A stretch of 64,000 nt of DNA from Hydrurus foetidus. Its lineage: Eukaryota. The first letter of the stretch is position 1. Each line of letters opens with the position of its first letter. The stretch lies in assembly GCA_900617105.1 (NCBI GenBank), contig UYFQ01000723.1, positions 248,001-312,000 on the forward strand, in the 5' to 3' direction. Made by a program: the position numbers and the translations under genes. Below the pieces are notes generated by a model, which did not search any database, was not told the origin of the DNA, and saw only the letters and a program-made list of their open reading frames with translations. Positions 56,115-64,000 of this stretch are shown piece after piece.

Positions 56115-59100
56115 ATGAAAAAGCACCTACTCACCATCGTTCTTGCAGCAATTTTTTTACTGCTGCACAAGCACAAGTAGCCATTAAACCAGCTGGCAGT
56201 AGCACATCAGCCGACCCAAGTGCTATGCTTGATGTGCAAAGCACCAACAAAGACATTGCTACCAAGAATGACAGCCACACAAAGACTTGCCATTGCAAAC
56301 CCTGCAACAGGATTAATGGTTTACGACACTGACTCATCTGCATTTATGCTAAAGAATGCAAGTGGTTGGGTAAAGCTTCAAAGCACAAATGATGTAGCTT
56401 GGAAGAGTGGTAATGATGTTTATAATACAAATGGGGGTAAAATAGGAATAAATATGGGCAACCTTCCACTTACAGGATTCGGATCTTCCTTAAATATATT
56501 GCCAGGAAACAATTTTGATGGAATTACCGTTGAAAGTTCAAATCAAAATAATGCCAGAGCTATTAATGCAAGTTCAAATGCAAACCAAGGGATAGGAGTA
56601 TCTGTTGGTGTTACAGGCACTAATGGAACTGGGGTTATTGCTACTGCAAATGGAGCAAGTTCAGTTGGTGTTCAAGGATGGGCAGATAGTTCAAACTCAA
56701 CAGGTGTATATGGCAAAAGTAGCAAAGGAACAGCAGGTGCATTTTTACTACTTCTGGTTTTGGATTGCAAAGTAGATGGAGGCACAACAGGACAAGCCAT
56801 TTTAGTGCATAGAGGCAATACAGGTTTGGGTGTTACTTTCCCAAAGCAAATGCTTGAAGTAGCAGGTGCAGTAAAACTATCAGATACTGCAACTACTGTA
56901 GCGGCAACCAATGGTACTATTCGTTACAATGCCACACAAGGTTTTCAAGGAAAGCACGGTAATAGTTGGCAAAATTTGGGAGGTAGCGACAGTAGCAATC
57001 AATGGAAAACTAATGGAAATGATATTTATAATAATAATAGTGAAAACGTAGGTGTGGGAACAAATAATCCTAAAGCAGCATTTAATATAGCAGCAGGCAA
57101 AACTGTTTTGTTTGGAAATGATACATTAGGTGAAGGAAGAAAAATGATGTGGATTCCAACAAAAGGAGCTTTTAGAGCTGGTTATGCAGGCGATGTTAAC
57201 ATTTTTGGAACAACCTGGAACTATGACAGTGTAGGTCAATCCTCATTTGCTGCAGGCACATACACACAGGCAAAGGGACAATCATCTTTCGCTATGGGTT
57301 CACAATCTTCTGCGTCTGGAAGAAACTCTACTGCACTGGGCAATCGTACAAAGCTTTAGATGATGATGCAACAGCACTAGGAAGAGACACTAAAGCATCC
57401 ACTGTTGCATTAGCATCTGGTGAATCAACAGAAGCAATGGGTTATAGTTCTTTACAGCTGGCGGTTATACAAAAGCATCTGGTGATTATTCTGCTGCTAT
57501 TGGTTATAATACAACAGCAAAAAGTATTGGCAGTTGTCAATTGGTATAGAAAATGACACCACAGACACGCCTTTATTCACCAACACCAACTGATAGAATT
57601 TTCAAATTGGAAATGGTGTTTACAGCACAGTTTTGCACATACCTCTTTGAGTAATGCTATAACTGTACTTCGCAATGCAAATACAGGCATTGGTAACATT
57701 AACAATCCTAATCAAAATTAGAAGTTGCAGGTGCAGTAAAATTAGCTGACACTGCAACAACATTAGCTGCAACTGATGGTACAATCCGCTACAATGCTAC
57801 ACAAGGTTTTCAAGGAAAGCACGGTAATAGTTGGCAAAATTTAAATGGAAGTGGTAATAACTCTTTACAACAAACGGTAACAATACTTATCAAACAAATG
57901 TAGATAGTGGTACAGTTAGTATAGGAAGTAACGCGTCACTTCCAACTTTTAAAGCATCTATTTTTAGTGACACAAAAATCCAAATGGCATCTTTGTTTCA
58001 GCCAATAGTGGCAATGGAATTGCAATGATAACTTCGAGGCAGGGTTGGTATCAATACTCTTACACCATATACAGATGCAGTATTAGATGTAAATGGTAAT
58101 ATGTATATACGTGGTGAAACCAGGAAATGGAAAGGTTTAACATCAGACGCATCTGGTAAAGCAAGCTGGCAAACGCAAGTGGTGGTACATTATATACTGC
58201 TGGTTCTGGAATTAATATTTCTGGTAGTAATGTTATTTCTTCTACTGCACCTACTTATACAGCAGGTGATGGAATTAACATTTCTGGTAATACAATTTCA
58301 AGCACAACAGGTGGTTGGACATATAATGGTACAAACATTTTGCAAACAAATCCTTATGCAGATAATTCAGTATTAATAGGTACAGATAATGTTACACCAT
58401 ATACAAGATTATCTGTTGTTGGTAATGCTAATGTGCCTGTTGCTGCAAGATTTAGTGCAGGAACTTCAAGTGCTTATGCAGTTACAACCAATGGTTCTGT
58501 AAGTGTTGGTGGTGGTTTAAAACTCGATAAGTGTAGCTACTGCTTCTGCTGGAACTATAAGATATAGTGGTAGCGACTTTGAAGAGCACAACTAATGGTG
58601 TAACTTGGAAAGAAGTTTAACAGGTGCAAATATTCCAAGTTATTGGTCTTTGAGTGCTGGTAATGCTTTAAGCAATACCAATATAGGTAATGTTGGTATT
58701 GGTGTTGCCAACCCAACAGCTAAACTTGATGTTAACGGAGCCATTAAAATTGCTCAATTGCCAAATGGATTTAATCCAGCCAATGGAATGATTGCTTTTG
58801 ATGGAACAGATTTTTGGGATTTAATAATGGATGGAAATCTTTTGCAGCACCTTATACAGCGGGTAGTGGCATAGTATCAGCAGCAATGTTGTTAGCACCA
58901 TACCACAAACGCTTTCCATTACAGGAAACAATCTTACACTTTCTAATGGAGGTGGTACTATTGCTATACCATCTGAGTGGTGGTAGTGGTCAATTCTCAA
59001 CAATAGGAAATGATATTTTAATAACAATACAGGCAAGGTTTTAATAGGTAGTAGTGCAGTGAACGGTAGCTAAATTTCAGGTAGAAAGATGCTACAAACT

Positions 59101-62100
59101 TTGGTACTACTGCACAAGTGCTTTCACCTGCTTACAGCACTTCATTGTATGTAGCTGATAGTTCAGCAGAGTGGCAATCCTGTTGGTTGCAATGGTTGTG
59201 GTGTGGTAATGTTGCATTAAAACATTTAGCAATTTGGGCACGGCTTTATTGGCAAAATCAAACAATGGAATTGGTGCATATATACGTGGTGGTAATTCAA
59301 CAGACCCAGCAGTAAAATAGAAAACCCTGGTGGCTCTAGTTTATTGAAGGCACAAGTTAAATGGAGGTGTAGATATTACTGGATATCTACATTTTAAACG
59401 ATGGTACACAAACAAACAGGTAGAGTTTTAACAACTGATGCAAATGGTTATGCTAGCTGGCAAGCAGCAACTGCTGGTACAACATACAGTGCAGGTACTG
59501 GGATTAATATTTTGGAGGAACAATTTCTACTAATTTAACTGGTGGTTCTGGTATCAGTATTTCAGGCAACACTATTTCATCTTCTTTACAAGCAGGTTCT
59601 GGTATCAGTATTAGTGGTAACACAATTACTGCAACTGGAGTAACTGGAGCTGGAGGTTGGTTAAAACTGGTACAGATGTGAGCCTACAAAACGCCACAGA
59701 TTATGTAGGTATTGGCACAGCAGGAAATGCAGGTGCAAAACTAGAGTAGCTGGTGGTAACGATGTTGGCATTTCAGTATCGGCAAGTGGTACTGGTAACA
59801 ATGCAATATTTGCAAATGTTGTTGGTACAGATGCTGTTGCTGCAAACTTATTAGCAGGTTCTGGTTCAAAGGGTTTAGTAGTATCTTCAACTACTGCAAA
59901 TGCTGCAGAATTCTTCTCTCAAAATGCTGCAGCAATTACTGTTAACCTACAAGTAGCGATTCAAAACAGCAATTGTAGTTCCTTTTGACAATTCAGGTTT
60001 TGGAACAACCAATCTACTGCAAGGGTGCATATTAACGGTATTAATGGGTTACGTTATCAAGATGGAAACGAAGCTGCCGGAAAAGTGTTAACATCTGATG
60101 CAAACGGTAGAGCATCTTGGCAAACACCAGCTACTGGTGGTGCTACTGCTTGGAGTGTGGATGCTGGAAATAATATTTATAATACAAGTACAACAAATTC
60201 TACAGTTGGCATTGGTTTGTCATCTGCAATCAACACACCTATCAATTGCATACTCGTAGCATAAAAAGTGGTGGGGCAATTGCCTTGTTTCAATCAAATC
60301 AGAGTAACGCAAATATTAGTCTGGCAAACTCAACAGGTATTGCAGGTTCTATTTTTACTAATGGAGCAGATTTTGGTTTAAACACAAATACAGTTGGTGG
60401 CACGCCTCTTAATTTAAGTTTAAATGTGGGTGGATCAACTGGACTTATGATTGATGGAACTACAAGAAATGTAAGCCTTGGTGGAGCTATAGCCAATGAG
60501 AGTTTAGTAATATCTGGAGGTTTAAGATTAGGAAATTCAAGTGGCACAAATGCAGGAACATTAAGATATGATGGCAGCGATTTACAAGGTTATGTAGGTG
60601 GTGCCTGGAAATCTTTAACAGGTAGTGGATTGTGGCAATTGAACAATAACAGTGATGCTTATTTGGCAAGTGGAAGAGTGGGTGTAGGAACACCAACACC
60701 AACAGAAAAATTAGAAGTTAATGGTGCTATAAAATTGGTTCAACATTTAGCAACAATGCAGGTACAATCGGGTTTGGTGGCTTTGGAAATACTTTCGAAG
60801 GATTTGATGGCACAAGCTGGAAATCTTTGCAAAGCAAATGGAATATAACTGCAAGCAATAATATTTATAGCGATGCATCTCAAAATGTAGGTATAGGTGT
60901 ACAAGATGGACAACAAAACTAGAAGTTGATGGTGCTATAAAAGTTGGAACAACTGCTGTTAACACAAAGTGGAACAATCCGCTACAACGGAGACTTTGAA
61001 GGTTTTGATGGTAGTGACTGGATAACATTAACTGGTAAGGTATTTCTTAAAAAATGCTACCAGTATTTTCTTATATGATGCAAATAAAACTTAGGTTTGG
61101 GCACCGCTTTCCTACTGAAAAATTAGAAGTATCGGGGAGGAGTAAAATTGGGTATTGCATCATCTGCACCAACTGCTGGTACAATGCAATATAATAGTGG
61201 CTTACAGGTTCACAATGGTACCGATTGGGTTTCATTAAATCCACAATTCAATTTAGATGGTTCAAATAATTTATCAAATATTACAGCTACTAATTTTGGT
61301 TTTGGTGTTGGAACACCTGTAGAAAAATTAGAAGTAAATGGAGGTATTAAAATTGGTGCATCGTTTGGTGCAAACGAAGGAACTATTCGTTATACAAGCA
61401 ATGAATTTGAAGGCTTTGATGGCACAAGCTGGAAATCTTTAACTGGTAAAGGTTTGTGGGCAAAAACTGGAACAGATTTATCTTTATCTACCACAACAGA
61501 CAATGTGGGAATTGGAACAACTACACCAGCAGCTAAATTGCAAGTCGAGAATAGCGGTACACAATTAATAGTAAAGGGAACTACCGACGCTCCTGCAAAA
61601 ATCAATTTATTAAATGATGGTACCAGTAATTTCTGGGGATTAACAGGCTATAGTAATGCAACAAATACCACTGCGGGTTTCAACCTTAATTATAGTGGTA
61701 CAAACTTGTTTACAGTAAATGGTGCAGGCGACGCAACCCTTGCTGGCACACTAACACAATCTAGTGATATTCGTTTAAAAAGAAATATTGCACCGCTTGG
61801 TTCTGTATTAGATAAAATTAAAAGGGTGGGTGCATTTACCTACAATTGGAAGGATGAAAAGAAAGATCAAACACAACAAATTGGGTTCTTAGCACAAGAC
61901 TTAGAAAAACAATTTCCACAGTTAGTTAAAACCGATGCGAATGGAGTAAAGAGTGTAGCATATAGCAATATGGCACCAGTATTATTACAAGCCATTAAAG
62001 ACCAACAAGCACAAATTGAAACATTGCAACAACAACTAAAATCTCAAAATGATGAAATGATGAAGAGATTGGCACTATTAGAAAAGATGTTGCAAAATCA

Positions 62101-62131
62101 AAATACTGAAAAAGCAATAACAACAAAATAG
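56115..62131 (+). CDS. Giant (~2000 aa) exported tail-fibre-like protein with YadA-head-like repeats and C-terminal peptidase S74 intramolecular chaperone
   Basis: Signal peptide MKKHLLTIVLAAIFFTAAQA; MLDVQSTNK..LPRMTATQRLAIANPATGLMVYDTD; repeated VGIG..P..KLEV.G modules; A.G..S.A.G head repeats; TQSSDIRLKRNI..YNWK..IGFLAQDLEKQFPQLV..VAYSNM plus coiled coil; frameshifted. Confidence 0.85.
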
Positions 62132-62141
62132 AAATTCGTTT

Positions 62142-62190
62142 GCCATATAGACATATAAAATATTATTGTAAACCTATGTGTCTATGTGGT
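62142..62190. repeat. Imperfect inverted repeat after the fibre gene
   Basis: CCATATAGACATA..TATGTGTCTATGTGG. Confidence 0.55.
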
Positions 62191-62229
62191 GAAAAAATAC
62201 TTCCGTTTCTTCATTCAAATAATATTAAA

Positions 62230-63375
62230 ATGAAAAATAGTTTAAAATATTGCTGCTTTGTTTTGCTGCTTTTTATAGCATTAATACAAATGCACAAATA
62301 ACAAATTTGGGCGAAATTGGAATTGTAACAGCCACACAGTTTGCTGTTACTGGCGATTAATAACAACAATGCTGCTATTCGCATAGAGTTGGGCAGTGCT
62401 ACAGAAAACAATCTACTAACAGCTACAGGAAATATTGCTTTAAATGGCACATTAAAAATTGATTTTGCCAATGGGTATTTGCCAGCAACTTCTCAAACAT
62501 TTACCATTATTACAGGCAATACTGTTACTGGCAGTTTTAACAATGTCATCTTTCCAACAGGTGTTAATGGTACTATCATTTACAATAATAATAATGTTGT
62601 TGTAACCATAGCTAATGCATCAGTTTCACTATCATTAACTGGTGCATCATCTGTTGTGCAGGAAGCAGTATTACAATTACACCTAATGTCTGGGTGGTAT
62701 TTTTAGCAGTATAACTGGATATGCAAATGTTAGTCAAACAGGAGTTGTAACTGGCTCAAGTGCTGGCAATGCAACAATAAAATATACTTTAGGTAATAAA
62801 TCAATAAATAAGACAATTGCTGTTAATGCACTTCCATCTGTGCCAACAATTACTTATGCTGTGGGTACTATTGGAAATCCACAAGCTGGAGCTCAACTGG
62901 TGGTTTTGTGTTGGAAAAGTATTTGGGGTTGCAGGAACACCAAGTGGTGGGGTTTGGAGTTCAAATGGTGCTGCAAGTATAACAACTGGCGGTATCGTAA
63001 CAATTAATGCTGTTGGCACAGGTTCTATAAAATATAACTACACAAATGCAAATGGTTGTAGCAATAGTAGAACAATGGTGGGCAATGGATTTATTTGTGC
63101 AGCTCGTGGCGTAGCCATAAACGAAACTACAAACCACAAACGATTTTACAATGTATCCAAATCCAGCAACATCAATGTTGAACGTGAATATTGAAACATT
63201 AATTGGTTCTGGAAGTATTGTTGTTACAGATTTGTATGGCAAACAAGTAAAACAACAGGGTTTAAGTATGGGAACAAATACAGTTGATGTTTCTAAACTT
63301 TCAAAGGGAATGTATTTTGTTAGTGTGATAACAAACGAAGGCAAGCATACAAAGAAAATAGTGATTAATAAGTAG
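62230..63375 (+). CDS. T9SS type A cargo protein (beta-strand passenger-like region plus Ig-like repeats)
   Basis: Signal peptide, IELG..L.ATGNIALNGTLKI..FTIIT..VTGSF, SGGVWSS Ig-like repeat, CTD MYPNPAT..LSKGMYFV..KKIVINK. Confidence 0.8.
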
Positions 63376-63442
63376 TAGTTAGTGATTAATTTAAAATTTG
63401 CCAACCTTATGTATGTAGGCAAATTTGTTTATAATGGATATA

Positions 63443-63594
63443 TATAATCATTACAAATTTTGATTTATTAAACCAAAAACCACCACAGATGCGTTTATGA
63501 AACACCTTGAAAAATAGAGTGCATGCACGTTTAAGAAGAACTATGGGAAAAGGATATTGATGCTGCTTGTGGGTAATTGGCGAACAAGGAATAG
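63443..63594 (+). pseudogene. rlmN: 3'-terminal relic of the radical-SAM RNA methyltransferase RlmN gene
   Basis: Joined frames give YN..TNFD.IKP..TTDAFMKHLE..RVHARLRRT.GKDIDAACG*LANKE*, with the conserved Gln codon read as TAA (63574-63576); no 5' part upstream. Confidence 0.8.
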
Positions 63595-63699
63595 TGTAAA
63601 AAACATTTGCGAGTTTTGAAAATATTGAGGTAATAAAACAACTATTTTTTCATTTTGAAATCTATTTATTACGACATATCGTAGATGTAAAAACTAGAT

Positions 63700-64000
63700 A
63701 TGAAAAAATAATCTTCTCCTTTGCTATTGCATCACTAATTATTACAAGTTGTAAAAAGATGATGCAACACCAGTAGAAACTTTAATTGCTGGACCTAATC
63801 AAATTGTTTATGCAATTAATGCAAACAATGAATTAATAAAGTTTAATGCAAATGCTCCTGCAACATCAATTAGCAAGATACCCGTAAGTGGCATTGTATC
63901 GGGCGAAAAATTAATGAGTATTGATTTTAGACCAACAACTGGCGGGTGTATGCTTTAAGCAGTGCAAGTAAACTATATATCATCAACCAAAATGATGGAG
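63700..64000 (+). CDS. DUF4394-family lipoprotein, truncated by window end
   Basis: MKK..IITSCKK lipobox, NELIKFNA, SGEKLMSIDFRPTTG. Confidence 0.75.

Noticed and set aside
56850..57850. Diversity-generating retroelement TR/VR pair in the fibre gene
   Set aside because: Both copies are coding, differences are mostly at third codon positions and not adenine-specific, and no reverse transcriptase gene is seen.
56115..62131. Prophage
   Set aside because: The fibre protein has a Sec signal peptide, and no structural, packaging, lysis or integrase genes are recognisable nearby.

Overview
AT-rich Bacteroidota chromosome segment, most like Chitinophagales (inferred from gldE/gldD, type IX secretion (T9SS) C-terminal domains and repeated TAnnTTTG promoter elements). 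Almost every gene, including essential ones (prfA, trmD, ftsH, ssb), is broken by small frameshifts, many at homopolymer runs. This points to an unpolished long-read consensus rather than real pseudogenes, so genes were rebuilt by joining frames and their ends are approximate. Core content: mce, iscS-iscU-iscA-sod-SCO, trmD, AlkA-type glycosylase, ssb-gldE-gldD, prfA, UvrD-nuclease, GH97, meaB, nth, ppk1-ppx, glgA, tex, recQ, KpsF/GutQ isomerase, ftsH, rsfS, birA. The main candidate system (about 52.6-63.6 kb) runs: TPR/LytS kinase, LytTR regulator, five 41-bp tandem repeats each carrying a GTAA-N6-TTAC palindrome, a small XRE-HTH gene, a hairpin and LytTR-type direct repeats, a ~2000-aa signal-peptide-bearing tail-fibre-like protein with a C-terminal S74 chaperone, a T9SS cargo protein, and a degenerate 3' relic of rlmN. 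Other oddities: a free-standing C-terminal half of carB with its own promoter, a CE7 esterase homologue lacking all three catalytic residues, helically phased 21-bp and ~10.6-bp intergenic arrays, and a three-copy REP-like palindrome. No rRNA, tRNA, CRISPR array, integrase or transposase was recognised.
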